A stretch of DNA of 64,000 nt, from assembly GCA_022865485.1 (NCBI GenBank), contig JALHSZ010000010.1, positions 4,328 to 68,327 on the forward strand, written 5' to 3'. The position numbers were made by a program, and so were the translations under genes. Position 1 is the stretch's first letter, and each line of letters opens with the position of its first letter. This stretch comes from Dehalococcoidales bacterium (GTDB lineage: Bacteria; Chloroflexota; Dehalococcoidia; Dehalococcoidales; BS750m-G39). A model generated the notes under the pieces. That model searched no databases. It saw only the letters and a list, made by a program, of their open reading frames with translations, and had not been told where the DNA came from. Of this stretch, positions 1 through 9,447 are shown one piece after another.

Positions 1-1451
1 AGGAAGGTCACCGTTTCGCCGGCACCGCCCTCCAGCGTCAGGCTCCGGGTAGCTTCCACCACCCCGTCTATGCTCAGGCTCAGGGACGCGGTGACCGTCT
101 CGGCGGAGACGTTAACGGCTTCGACCTGCACCCTGATGTTCTCGTCGGGCTCCGCCGTTAGTGGCTTAACCGTCAAATTCGAAAGCGCGATGGGGTTGAC
201 CGTTAGCTCGGCGCTCGCCCTGCCTATCTCCAGGAGGCCCGTGCTCAGTCCGGGCGCGCTTTTAACCGCCGACAGGACGAGGGTCTCGGTGCTGCCGGCG
301 TCCACCACCAGCCCCTGCGAAGCCTGGGTGCCGTCGCTCAACGTCAATATCGCCGCATACTGGCCCCTGGCGAAGCCGATGTTGCTCACCTCGGCTCTCA
401 GCTCGAAACTCTGCCCCCCGTCGAGGAAGTAAGGCTCAATCGTCACCGGCCCAATCAACAGGGCGGGGAAGGTGTCAATCCCGGCCTCCTGGCTGGCTTC
501 GTTCAGGTGCTGGGCGGGGATAAAATAGCCCCGCGCATTGCCTTGCCCCCAGGGCAGCAACCCGAGGCAATTACCCAGCTCATCAATAACCGGTCCCCCG
601 CTCAAGCCCCCCCAGCTGGTGCCATGAAAGCGGCGGGCGTCCATTTCGTAGATACGGGTCGAGCTGCCTAGCAGCCCTGTCTCTATGCTCGGCCCCTCCC
701 GCATCAGCCCCGCCACCATGCTATCCGCTGCTTCTCTCATCAGCGCGGCGAAGGTGCCGGGTCGCTGGTAGGGGTCAGCCATTATTTCATCCATGGCTTG
801 CCAGAACTCCAGGGTAAGGTCGATGCCGGCATAGCCGATAACATAGGCGCGGCTGCCCTCCGGCGGCGTCGTTGACTGCAGCCCGATGTAGGGGGTGCCG
901 CTTAAGCCCGTCTCCAGGATGGCAATATCCATCCCGCTTTCGGGGTCCTCGCGAAAGCGTATGTCCTGCACCTCGTGCGGCTCCTCCTCGCCGTAGCGAT
1001 AAACGTAGTCCACCTCCTCGGCGGTTACCGTCAGCTCGCCCTGCACCCAGGCCCACCACACCGTCGAGTAGTAATTGTTATAGAAGCTGCCGAAGTCGAC
1101 CCTCTCGTACCACTCGTCCTCGAACCAGATACCGCCGATGAAGTACATGAGGGCGTATTCCGTCAGCTCTTCATCTGACATGTTGACGCAGTGGGCGGCG
1201 GTGAAGACATCGCCGTTCTCATTGGCAAAGAAGCCGCTGCCCAGGCTTAAAGGCCCTCGAGCTTCGAAAATCTCCCCCCAGCCGCTCACCCAGCCATCAA
1301 CCCAGGTCATCACCTCGACGGTAGCCTCCTTGGCCGCCGTCACCCCGGTCGGGTATTCCTTCTCGGCGCTGGAGGCGACCGAGGGCGCCAGCACTAACAT
1401 CAAGGTCAAAAACAGACAAGCCGGTATCAGAATTCGCCTGAATTTAGTCAC
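1..1451 (-). CDS. Secreted trypsin-like (S1 family) serine peptidase with a C-terminal Ig-like/CARDB-like region; the C-terminus lies beyond the window start
   Basis: My own minus-strand translation from GTG (1449-1451) gives a signal peptide VTKFRRILIPACLFLTLMLVLAPS. Catalytic-triad motifs are present: His FTAAHCV, Asp DIAILE, Ser GGLSGGPV. The frame stays open to position 1. It is absent from the ORF track because no stop codon lies inside the window. Confidence 0.7.
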   Translation of the reverse strand, partial: MTKFRRILIPACLFLTLMLVLAPSVASSAEKEYPTGVTAAKEATVEVMTWVDGWVSGWGEIFEARGPLSLGSGFFANENGDVFTAAHCVNMSDEELTEYALMYFIGGIWFEDEWYERVDFGSFYNNYYSTVWWAWVQGELTVTAEEVDYVYRYGEEEPHEVQDIRFREDPESGMDIAILETGLSGTPYIGLQSTTPPEGSRAYVIGYAGIDLTLEFWQAMDEIMADPYQRPGTFAALMREAADSMVAGLMREGPSIETGLLGSSTRIYEMDARRFHGTSWGGLSGGPVIDELGNCLGLLPWGQGNARGYFIPAQHLNEASQEAGIDTFPALLIGPVTIEPYFLDGGQSFELRAEVSNIGFARGQYAAILTLSDGTQASQGLVVDAGSTETLVLSAVKSAPGLSTGLLEIGRASAELTVNPIALSNLTVKPLTAEPDENIRVQVEAVNVSAETVTASLSLSIDGVVEATRSLTLEGGAGETVTF

Positions 1452-1528
1452 GGTTACCCCCTTGCTGGCTTATCCCTATCGGTTGCAGCCTACAATAAAG
1501 CCCGACCCCTGTCAACACCGCCCTCATA

Positions 1529-1557
1529 TTGTTGACAAGGGTCGTCTCTGCTATAAT
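1529..1557 (+). promoter_or_regulatory. Candidate promoter for tRNA-Glu
   Basis: TGcTATAAT (extended -10, hexamer 1552-1557) lies 10 nt upstream of the tRNA 5' end. The -35 is either TTGTTG (1529-1534, 17-nt spacer) or TTGACA (1532-1537, 14-nt spacer). Confidence 0.4.
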
Positions 1558-1567
1558 TCGTGGACGT

Positions 1568-1642
1568 GCCCCCATCGTCTAGTGGTTAGGACAGCGGCCT
1601 TTCAAGCCGTCAACAGCGATTCGAATTCGCTTGGGGGCACCA
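1568..1642 (+). tRNA. tRNA-Glu (anticodon UUC), CCA encoded
   Basis: Hand-folded cloverleaf. Acceptor GCCCCCA/TGGGGGC, D stem GTCT/GGAC, anticodon stem GCGGC/GCCGT, loop CTTTCAA, T arm AGCGA-TTCGAAT-TCGCT, then ACCA. Confidence 0.9.
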
Positions 1643-1664
1643 AAAAGACATCCGAGGTGTCGCT

Positions 1665-1904
1665 ATGATGATAACCATAGAATGCCCCAAATGTGGTACC
1701 GCGGGTAGCCAGTCCCTGCTCAAGCCGGATTACGTAGGCCCCTACCGCTGCTGGAAATGCCGGGAGCTCTTTACCATCAGGATAGAAAACAACCAGGTCA
1801 AGTCCTGGGAGTCCCTCACCGAGGAGCAACTTGCGGAGCAAGAGGAACAGAGACGGCAGGTAGAAGCGCTCAAGGCTAAATTCGGCAAGAAGCCCGAGGA
1901 CTAA
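1665..1904 (+). CDS. Small zinc-ribbon protein (CPKC...CWKC) with an acidic/basic helical tail; function unknown
   Basis: 79-aa ORF with two CxxC pairs. Confidence 0.5.
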   Translation: MMITIECPKCGTAGSQSLLKPDYVGPYRCWKCRELFTIRIENNQVKSWESLTEEQLAEQEEQRRQVEALKAKFGKKPED

Positions 1905-1908
1905 GGCT

Positions 1909-2400
1909 CTAGAATTTGCCCTTCAGCTTTTCGTAACACTCGGCCAGGGCTTGGGGTATCACCCTCACATCATCCATTACCGGCATAAAGTTGGTATCCC
2001 CCGCCCACCGCGGCACGATATGGGTATGGATATGGTCGTCGATGCCCGCCCCCGCCACCCTTCCCAGGTTCATGCCAACATTAAAGCCCCCGGGCTTAAA
2101 AACCTCTCTCAAGACCTCAAGGCTGTGCCTCACCATTTCATAGTGCTCGTGCAGCTCTTCGTCGGTCAGCTTCTCCAAGCTGTCCACGTGGCGGTAGGGG
2201 GCGACCATCAGGTGGCCCGGGTTATAGGGGTAGCTGTTTAAGATAACGAAGTTCTTCTGGCCCCGGTGCAGGATATAGTTGGCGACATCCTTATTCTCTT
2301 TAGGTTTGTCGCAGAGGATGCAGCCCTCCACCTTGCCCTTCTGGATATACCTTATCCGCCACGGTGCCCAGATATGCTCCATTTCATTCTCCTTAGCCAT
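1909..2400 (-). CDS. HIT (histidine triad) family nucleotide hydrolase/transferase
   Basis: Histidine triad HIHTHIVPR near the C-terminus. A CxxC (CILC) near the N-terminus is typical of the Ap4A-phosphorylase/GalT-like HIT branch. Confidence 0.8.
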   Translation of the reverse strand: MAKENEMEHIWAPWRIRYIQKGKVEGCILCDKPKENKDVANYILHRGQKNFVILNSYPYNPGHLMVAPYRHVDSLEKLTDEELHEHYEMVRHSLEVLREVFKPGGFNVGMNLGRVAGAGIDDHIHTHIVPRWAGDTNFMPVMDDVRVIPQALAECYEKLKGKF

Positions 2401-2450
2401 CCTACTAGTGCTATTTTAGACGGCAATCTCCCCGTTTTCAACCTTACTGC

Positions 2451-2778
2451 ACCCCACCCCCAGGTTTTTCTTCCCAACCGACCCGCCCTATAAAGGCTTC
2501 GCCTCTATAAACTCCCCCCAAAGTACATGCAGCTGACGTCCCTTTTGAGTTCTCAACCCTCTGGGGTGTTTAAGAGGGGTGAAACCCCTCTTTACCTTAA
2601 AAGGGCGGGGGGCGGGAATAGATAAAATTGGGGCGGGGGGACAACAACACCTACGCCAGCCAAGGTGGGGTGGAGAGGCGGTACACCCAAAATAAGGAGT
2701 TAATAGAGGTCTAACCCCTATTGGGTGGGACGGGTGGGACATACTACCTACGCTAAACAAGGTGGGGTGATAAAACCC
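2451..2778 (+). repeat. Intergenic mosaic repeat cluster 1 (module A 2451-2517, module D 2572-2627, module E twice at 2649-2674 and 2746-2778)
   Basis: Module A (ACCCCACCCCCAGGTTTTTCTTCCCA...CCTCTATAAACT) recurs at 55631 and 57851. Module D (hairpin AAGAGGGGT-GAA-ACCCCTCTT plus TTAAAAGGGCGGGGGGCGGGAATAGATAAAA) recurs at 62185-62281. Module E (ACCTACGC..CAAGGTGGGGTGATAAAACCC) is duplicated locally and partly recurs at 58165-58179. Confidence 0.75.
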
Positions 2779-2786
2779 TCAACTAA

Positions 2787-2815
2787 TTGTAAAAACCGAA
2801 GCTATCGTCTATAGT
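2787..2815 (+). promoter_or_regulatory. Candidate promoter for the DUF1847/radical-SAM gene pair
   Basis: TTGTAA (2787-2792), 17-nt spacer, TATAGT (2810-2815). It lies 38 nt upstream of the ATG at 2853, which has the SD GGAGAGGAGG. Confidence 0.4.
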
Positions 2816-2852
2816 AATATGGCTAACCAGAAAGCGAAGGAGAGGAGGCTTT

Positions 2853-3533
2853 ATGACGGAAAATCCCCGGTGCGCCAACTGCACCATGGTGGTGTGCGAC
2901 AGTCAGGCATCGCTGAAAGGCCCCGAAAACTGCCCGACCAAGACCCGACAGGAAATCATCCAGCAAGCGCTGGCGGAATACGATGACCCCCAGGTCAGGG
3001 AGTTCGCCCTACAAGCGTCCATCCAGGAAGCCGAGTGCTATATGAACCTGCCCGAAGGGCTGACCACGCGCTACCCCCGGGTGGAAGAGGTCGCCCGGTT
3101 CGCCAGGAAGATGGGCTATAAAAAGCTGGGCATCGCCTCCTGCCTCGGCCTCAAGGACGAAGCCGAAATACTCTCCGAAATCCTGGAAAACAGGGGCTTT
3201 GAGGTCGTCTCCGTCTGCTGCAAGGCGGGGGCGATACCCAAGGAGAGGATTGGCATTACCGAGGAGCAGAAGATAAAGGGCCCCGGCTCTTTCGAGGCGA
3301 TGTGCAACCCCATAACCCAGGCTAAAATCTTAAACGACGCCGGGACCGACTTCAACATAGTGGTCGGGCTCTGCGTCGGCCACGACTCGCTCTTCTTCAA
3401 ATACGCCGAGGCACCGGTCACCGTGCTGGTGGTCAAGGACAGGGTCTTCGGCCACAACCCGGTGATGGGCTTATACCTGGCTCATTCCCCCTATTACCGC
3501 AAGCTGCTGCGCAAGGAATCCCTTGACTCATAA
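2853..3533 (+). CDS. DUF1847-like cysteine-rich metal-binding protein
   Basis: N-terminal CANC...C...CP, then SVCCK, MCNPITQA and GLCVGHDSLF motifs. The layout matches my memory of DUF1847. Confidence 0.6.
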   Translation: MTENPRCANCTMVVCDSQASLKGPENCPTKTRQEIIQQALAEYDDPQVREFALQASIQEAECYMNLPEGLTTRYPRVEEVARFARKMGYKKLGIASCLGLKDEAEILSEILENRGFEVVSVCCKAGAIPKERIGITEEQKIKGPGSFEAMCNPITQAKILNDAGTDFNIVVGLCVGHDSLFFKYAEAPVTVLVVKDRVFGHNPVMGLYLAHSPYYRKLLRKESLDS

Positions 3534-3550
3534 ATAATAGGAGAGAAATT

Positions 3551-5374
3551 TTGCCCTACCCCGACCGCATTCTCTATGAGGTGACCCGACCCGCCCGCTA
3601 CACGGGCGGCGAGTGGAACTGCGTTATCAAGGACTGGGAAAAGACCGCCCTAAAGTTCGCCCTGTGCTACCCCGACACCTACGAAGTCGGCATGTCCAAC
3701 ATGGCGCTGCCCATCCTCTACGAAATTTTAAACCGCCCGCCCGATGTCCTCGCCGAGAGGGTCTATGCCCCCTGGGTGGATATGGAAGCCGCCCTGCGGG
3801 CGGCGGGTATCCCCCTGCTCAGCCTTGAGTCCAAGCGCCCCCTCAAAGATTTTGACGTCGTCGGCTTCTCTCTGGACTACGAGCTGACCTACACCAACGT
3901 CTTAAATATCCTCGACCTGGGACAGATACCCATCCTGGCGGCGGAGAGAGATGATTCCCACCCCATAGTCATTGCCGGCGGCAGCTGCTGCCTCAACCCC
4001 GAGCCTATGGCTGACTTCATCGACTTCTTCGTCATCGGCGACGGCGAAGAGGCTTTAGTCGAACTGCTCGATACCTTCCGGGAGTGGAAGCAAAGCCAGG
4101 CAACCCGAAAAGAGCTATTGAAAAAGGCAGCCGCCATCCCCGGTGTCTATGTGCCCGCCTTCTACAAAGCGGAATACGGGCCCGACGGCATGTTCCAGAG
4201 CATTAGTCCGACTGAGAGCGAAGCTAAACCGATTATTCAGCGGCGCATCGCCGACAAACTACCGCCCCCCGCCACCCGCCCCATAGTCCCCTATATCGAG
4301 GTCGTCCACGACCGGGGAGCGGTGGAGATTCAGCGGGGCTGCACCCACGGCTGCCGCTTCTGCCAGGCCGGAATTCTATACCGCCCCCTCCGCCAGCGCC
4401 CCCAGGCTGAGATTATCCAGGCGGTGGGGGAGCTTATTGCCAACTGCGGCTACGACGAGGTCTCGCTGGTCTCGTTGAGCACCAGCGACTACCCCAAGAT
4501 AGAAGAGCTGGTGGCGAGCCTGACACGCCAGTATAAAGATCTCTCGCTCTCCCTGCCCAGCCTGCGCCTCGACAGCTTCTCGCTAAAGCTGATGGAGTCC
4601 CTCCCTTCCCGCCGCAAGACCGGGCTCACCTTCGCCCCCGAGGCGGGCAGCGAAAGGCTGCGCCGGGTCGTGAACAAGGGCACCACCGAGGACAAGATAC
4701 TGGAAACGGTGGCAGCCGCCTTCGCCCACGGCTGGCGGAGCCTCAAATTATATTTCATGCTCGGGCTGCCCACCGAGACTATGGAGGACATCGAGGAAAT
4801 CGTCCAGCTGGTGGCTAAAATCCGCGCCGCGGGCAGGGGGACGAAGGGCGGCATGCCCCAGGTCAGAATCAGCCTCTCCACCTTTATCCCCAAGCCCCAC
4901 ACCCCCTTCCAGTGGGTAGCCCAGGACAGCGCCGACAACTTAAACGCCAAACACGAGGTGCTGAAAACAGGGCTGCGCCGCAAGGGCAGCCACCTGTCCT
5001 GGCGCGACCCCGGGGTCAGCCTACTCGAGGCGGCGCTCTCCCGGGGCGACCGAAGACTGGGCAGGGTTATCTACGCTGCCTGGAAGTCGGGCTCGACCTT
5101 CGACGCCTGGGACGAAAGGTTTAACTACCCGAACTGGCTCGATGCCTTCGCTAAAAGCGGACTTGAGCCGGCCTTCTATGCCCGGAGAGAGCGCTCGCTG
5201 GACGAAACCCTGCCCTGGGCGCACATCGACCCCGGGCTAACCACCGAATTCTTAAAGAGGGAATACCAGCGCGCCCTTAAAGGCGAAGAAACCCCCGACT
5301 GCCACTACAATTCCTGTAATGCCTGCGGGCTGGAGCGATTAAACGCCGACTGTAAGCGGAAGCTAGGCGCCTGA
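3551..5374 (+). CDS. B12-binding-domain radical SAM protein (TIGR03960-like uncharacterised family)
   Basis: TTG start. N-terminus YPDRILYEVTRPARYTGGEWN. Radical SAM motif CTHGCRFCQAG. 607 aa. Confidence 0.75.
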   Translation: MPYPDRILYEVTRPARYTGGEWNCVIKDWEKTALKFALCYPDTYEVGMSNMALPILYEILNRPPDVLAERVYAPWVDMEAALRAAGIPLLSLESKRPLKDFDVVGFSLDYELTYTNVLNILDLGQIPILAAERDDSHPIVIAGGSCCLNPEPMADFIDFFVIGDGEEALVELLDTFREWKQSQATRKELLKKAAAIPGVYVPAFYKAEYGPDGMFQSISPTESEAKPIIQRRIADKLPPPATRPIVPYIEVVHDRGAVEIQRGCTHGCRFCQAGILYRPLRQRPQAEIIQAVGELIANCGYDEVSLVSLSTSDYPKIEELVASLTRQYKDLSLSLPSLRLDSFSLKLMESLPSRRKTGLTFAPEAGSERLRRVVNKGTTEDKILETVAAAFAHGWRSLKLYFMLGLPTETMEDIEEIVQLVAKIRAAGRGTKGGMPQVRISLSTFIPKPHTPFQWVAQDSADNLNAKHEVLKTGLRRKGSHLSWRDPGVSLLEAALSRGDRRLGRVIYAAWKSGSTFDAWDERFNYPNWLDAFAKSGLEPAFYARRERSLDETLPWAHIDPGLTTEFLKREYQRALKGEETPDCHYNSCNACGLERLNADCKRKLGA

Positions 5375-6121
5375 GCCGCCGTCGACGACAATAGTGTGGC
5401 CGGTGATGTAAGCCGAGGCTTCGGAGGCTAAAAAGAGCACCGAGCCCACTATATCCTTCGGCTCGGCCAGCCTTCCCAGCGGTATCCCCGCCTCGATTTC
5501 TTTGAGCGTAGCCGTGTCGCTCCACAAAGGCTGACTGAACTTGGTCTTGACCATGGAGGGAGCCACGGCGTTGACCCTTATATTATATTGGGCTAGTTCT
5601 ACGGCCAGAATACGGGTGAGCATAACCACCCCCGCCTTGGCGATGCAGTAGGCGCCCATCTCGGGGGCGGTGTACATCGCCGCCGTGGAGGCGATGTTTA
5701 TGATATTGCCCCGCTTTTGCCCCACCATAACCCTGCCCGCCGCCTGGGAGCAGAGATAATAGCCCTTGAGGTCGGTGTCGATAACCCTGTCCCAGCCTTC
5801 CTCGTTAAGCTCGAGCAGGGGCGCCCGGATGTTCATGGCGGCGTTATTGACCAGGATGTCGACCGCACCCAGCTCGGCTAGCGTCTTCTGCACCATATTA
5901 TCGACATCGGCTTTCCGGGTAATATCGGCCTGGACGGCTAGAGAGCGTCGGCCCAGCTTTTTGACCTCTGCGGCGACAGCCTCGAGCTCGCCGTCGTCAA
6001 CCACCCGGTCGCCAAGGGCGACACCGGCGCCGGCTTCAGCCAGCGCCAGGGCGATAGCCCGCCCGATGCCCCGCCTCCCCCCGGTGACGATAGCCACCCT
6101 GCCCGCTAGAGAGGATGACAC
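5363..6121 (-). CDS. SDR family oxidoreductase (FabG-like)
   Basis: TGGRRGIGRAIA cofactor motif, NNAA, catalytic YCIAKAG. GTG start overlaps the gyrA stop. Confidence 0.8.
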   Translation of the reverse strand: MSSSLAGRVAIVTGGRRGIGRAIALALAEAGAGVALGDRVVDDGELEAVAAEVKKLGRRSLAVQADITRKADVDNMVQKTLAELGAVDILVNNAAMNIRAPLLELNEEGWDRVIDTDLKGYYLCSQAAGRVMVGQKRGNIINIASTAAMYTAPEMGAYCIAKAGVVMLTRILAVELAQYNIRVNAVAPSMVKTKFSQPLWSDTATLKEIEAGIPLGRLAEPKDIVGSVLFLASEASAYITGHTIVVDGGSGA

Positions 6122-7800
6122 TACTTGGGCTCCTTCTCGAAAGAGGCGATAGCCACCACGCTGTCGCCGGGATCGAGCCTCATCAGCCGCACCCCCTGGG
6201 TGCTCCGGCCCTGAGTAGAAATGCCCTGCTTGGGGTCTTTCTCCTTAACCGGGGTCTGGAGGACAATGCCCTCCGCCGATATAATCATCACCTGCTGGGA
6301 GAGCGAAACCACCTCGGCGGCGGCGACCCTGCCCGCCTTTTCCACCAGCTTGAAGGTCCTCACTCCACCACCGGCGCGGTGCTGCCTGGGATAGGCGTCC
6401 GCCGGGGTGAGCTTGCCGGAACCGCCGCTGGTCACCACCAGCACGTAGCTGTCGGGGCGGATAATACCCAGCCCCACCACCTGGTCGGTGGCGCTTAAGC
6501 GGATGCCGCGCACCCCCCCGCTCGTCCTCGATGCCGCCCTCAGGTCGGCTATGGCAAAGCGGATGGCTTGTCCCTCCTGGCTAACCAGGAGCATATCGTC
6601 CTTATCGGTGGCCAGTCGAGCGGCAACCAGCTCATCCCCCGCCTCCAGGTCCATGGCAATCAGTCCACTGCTGCGCACGGCGGCAAACTTATCGGCCGTA
6701 GTCTTCTTGATCTCGCCGAGTCGGGTCGACATCAACAGGTAGGAACCGGGCTCGAAATCGGGCAGGGCGACCATGGCCGTAACCCGCTCGTTATCGGTCA
6801 CGGAAAAGAGGTTAATCACCGCCGTCCCCTTGGTCACGCGGGAGATGTCGGCGGGTATTTCGTGGCACTTCAGGTAGAAGACTCTTCCCCGGTTGGTGAA
6901 GAAGAGCAGGTGGTCATGGGTATCGGCCACCACCAGCAGCCTTACCGCGTCGGCTTCCCGGGTCACCATGCCGATGATACCCCTCCCCCCGCGGTGCTGG
7001 GAACGGTAGCTGCGAGCCGCCACCCTCTTGACGAAGCCGCGTTGGCTCAGCGTCACCACCACACTCTGATGGGGGATAAGGTCCTCCTCGCGGAACTCGG
7101 TTATCTCCTCCTCGCTTATCTCGGTGCGGCGCTCGTCGCCGAAACTTTCTTTAAGCTGGCTCACCTCTTCCCTGATGAGGAGCAATATCCGCTTGGGGTT
7201 AGCCAGCAGGTCTTCCAGGTAGGCGATGGTCTTGACCAGCTCGGCATACTCATCGGCTATCTTTTGCCGCTCCAGGTTGGCCAGACGGCGCAGTTGCATG
7301 TCGAGGATGGCCTGCGCCTGTAGTTGCGACAGGCCGAAGCCGCTCATAAGCTCGCGGCGGGCATCCTCGGCGGTGGCTGACTTCTTGATGGTGGCGATAA
7401 TCTTATCGATGTTGTCCAGGGCTATTTTAAGCCCCTCCAGGATATGCGCCCGCGCTTTAGCCTGCTTCAATTCGAACTTGGAACGTCGGGTAATAACCTG
7501 GTGGCGGAAATCTATGTAGTACTGCAGCGCTTCCTTGAGGCTGATTACCCGCGGCTGACCGTCGACCAGGGCCAGCATGTTAACGAAGAAAGCCGACTGC
7601 ATGGCGGTGTGCTTATAGAGGCTATTGAGCACCTTCTTCGGTTCCGCCTCTCGTTTAAGCTCGATGACGATGCGCATACCCTGCCGGTCCGACTCGTCGC
7701 GCAGCCCGCTGATGCCCTCCACCTTCTTGTTCTTGACCAGCTCGGCAATCCTCTCCACCAGGGCCGCCTTATTGATCTGGTAGGGCAGCTCGGTGACCAC
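6121..7800 (-). CDS. gyrA: DNA gyrase subunit A, C-terminal fragment (ORF start is artefactual; continuous with 7769..8566 after a 1-nt correction)
   Basis: [49 protein letters not shown], followed by the beta-pinwheel CTD repeats. Confidence 0.9.
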   Translation of the reverse strand: MVTELPYQINKAALVERIAELVKNKKVEGISGLRDESDRQGMRIVIELKREAEPKKVLNSLYKHTAMQSAFFVNMLALVDGQPRVISLKEALQYYIDFRHQVITRRSKFELKQAKARAHILEGLKIALDNIDKIIATIKKSATAEDARRELMSGFGLSQLQAQAILDMQLRRLANLERQKIADEYAELVKTIAYLEDLLANPKRILLLIREEVSQLKESFGDERRTEISEEEITEFREEDLIPHQSVVVTLSQRGFVKRVAARSYRSQHRGGRGIIGMVTREADAVRLLVVADTHDHLLFFTNRGRVFYLKCHEIPADISRVTKGTAVINLFSVTDNERVTAMVALPDFEPGSYLLMSTRLGEIKKTTADKFAAVRSSGLIAMDLEAGDELVAARLATDKDDMLLVSQEGQAIRFAIADLRAASRTSGGVRGIRLSATDQVVGLGIIRPDSYVLVVTSGGSGKLTPADAYPRQHRAGGGVRTFKLVEKAGRVAAAEVVSLSQQVMIISAEGIVLQTPVKEKDPKQGISTQGRSTQGVRLMRLDPGDSVVAIASFEKEPK

Positions 7801-8566
7801 TATCTGCCGCCGCCCCCCCCGCGTCGCCGATCATGGCTTTAGCCTGCACCAGCACCTTGCCCCGCCCCGTGGCGTAGGCATTTTTTATACCCTCCCCCCC
7901 GCGAATGATGCCCGCGGTGGGGAAATCGGGCCCCTTGACGAACTGGGTCAGCTCGTCGACGGTGGCTTCGGGGTTCTCGATGATGTAGGCGATGGCGTCG
8001 CAGACCTCGCCTAAATTATGCGGCGGGATGTTGGTAGCCATGCCCACGGCGATGCCGGCGCTGCCGTTGACCAGCAGGTTAGGCAGTTGGGTGGGCAGGA
8101 CGAGAGGCTCTTTCAGGCTGTCGTCGAAGTTGGGCATAAAGCCGACGGTATCTTTATCGATATCGACCAGCATCTGCTCGGCGATAAGCGCCAGCCGCGC
8201 CTCGGTATAGCGCATGGCGGCCGGCGGGTCGTTATCGACGCTGCCGAAATTACCCTGCCCGCTAATCAGCGGGTAGCGCATGGAAAAGTCCTGCGCCATA
8301 CGCACCATGGCTTCATAGACCGGGGCGTCGCCGTGAGGGTGATATTTACCCAGCACCTCGCCCACGATACGGGCGCTCTTCTTGTGCGGGCTGTTGGCCG
8401 CCAGCCCCAGCTCGTCCAGGGCGTAGAGAATGCGCCGCTGCACGGGTTTGAGGCCGTCGCGCACATCGGGCAGGGCGCGGGCAACGATAACGCTCATGGC
8501 GTAAGCGAGATAAGAGCTGCTCATCTCGTCTTCTATATTCACCGGTCGGGTCTTGCCTAAAACCAT
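7769..8566 (-). CDS. gyrA: DNA gyrase subunit A, N-terminal fragment (terminates early because of a frameshift in the C8 run at 7813-7820)
   Basis: [32 protein letters not shown], active-site region [10 protein letters not shown]. The last ~17 codons are out of frame. Confidence 0.9.
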   Translation of the reverse strand: MVLGKTRPVNIEDEMSSSYLAYAMSVIVARALPDVRDGLKPVQRRILYALDELGLAANSPHKKSARIVGEVLGKYHPHGDAPVYEAMVRMAQDFSMRYPLISGQGNFGSVDNDPPAAMRYTEARLALIAEQMLVDIDKDTVGFMPNFDDSLKEPLVLPTQLPNLLVNGSAGIAVGMATNIPPHNLGEVCDAIAYIIENPEATVDELTQFVKGPDFPTAGIIRGGEGIKNAYATGRGKVLVQAKAMIGDAGGAAADSGHRAALPDQ

Positions 8567-8584
8567 ACGGAAAACCTCCTGCTC

Positions 8585-9340
8585 CTAGTCAACTCCGCTG
8601 TCATCCATATCAACCGACTCGTCGGCCAGTGTCTCTATCTGCTCCAGCTCGCGCCGCAGTATCTTATCGCTCAAGTAAGGGCGCAGGCTGTCTGTTCCAC
8701 GGGGGGGAAAGGAAAGCTGCCCCGACTGGGAGGGGTCCTGGTATATCTCGCGGATAAGGACCGTTACCCTCTCCTCGCCGACGCTGACGATAGCCGCGCT
8801 GTATTGGTTGCCGCCATCCATCAGCTTTATAAGCCGCTGCCCGTGCTTGGGCTCGACCTGCCCCACGTGCTCGCCGTGCCCGCTCTCCACGTTCAAACCC
8901 GCCCCGTCCACCTTGAGGTAAACCCTGTCGCCCGCCCCCATCCTGGCCAGCACCGCCAGCGGCGCCAGGTGGTAAAGGGCGACCACCCCCGTTTTCCCCG
9001 TCTCCTCGATAAAGTGCTGGGGCTCGACCTGGTCGGAATCATCCGCCTCGCCCGCCTCCTCCCCCAGATAGGAAAGGCGCTGCAGGTTCTTCTGGGCGAT
9101 GATGTTATAGGGGTCGAGCTCCATAGCCCTGGCGTAGGCTTCCTTGGCCAGGGCGTACTCCCCCAGCTCGATATGGGCTCGGCCCAGACGGTTATAGGCA
9201 TCGACATCGCCGGGGAAGCTGGCGATTATATCCTCGTTGGCTGCCACCGCCTCCCGCCACCGCCCCTGCATGGCCAGGGCTATAGCCTGCTTGCTGCGCT
9301 GCCGTCTCAGCCTTACCTGTTCCTCTTCCTGATATGCCAT
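8585..9340 (-). CDS. TPR repeat protein
   Basis: TPR-like helices (AYNRLGRAHIELGEYALAKEAYARAMELDPYNIIAQKNL). I prefer the ATG at 9340 (MAYQEEEQ), with GAGGG upstream, over the GTG at 9370. Confidence 0.55.
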   Translation of the reverse strand: MAYQEEEQVRLRRQRSKQAIALAMQGRWREAVAANEDIIASFPGDVDAYNRLGRAHIELGEYALAKEAYARAMELDPYNIIAQKNLQRLSYLGEEAGEADDSDQVEPQHFIEETGKTGVVALYHLAPLAVLARMGAGDRVYLKVDGAGLNVESGHGEHVGQVEPKHGQRLIKLMDGGNQYSAAIVSVGEERVTVLIREIYQDPSQSGQLSFPPRGTDSLRPYLSDKILRRELEQIETLADESVDMDDSGVD

Positions 9341-9447
9341 CCGGCTACCCTCGCCCCGTTCTAAAATCACAGTATTTTACTCCAGCCAGAGCGGTAAAAC
9401 AAGCCAGGTCAGGACTAAAAAACCCTATTTTCAGCCCTTTAGCTAAC

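Noticed and set aside
70-1178. Plus-strand ORFs 70..432, 872..1141, 975..1178 and minus ORF 787..1059
   Set aside because: All are Pro/Arg/Ala/Ser-rich shadow ORFs within the minus-strand serine peptidase gene, which has a signal peptide and an intact catalytic triad.
2401-2852. The long non-coding spacers (also 55669-56046 and 57843-58241) as hosts of RNase P RNA, tmRNA, 6S or a riboswitch
   Set aside because: I could not find hallmark motifs, such as the RNase P GAGGAAAGTCC core or tmRNA tRNA-like ends. The sequence is fully explained by repeat modules. An Rfam scan would be needed to exclude them formally.
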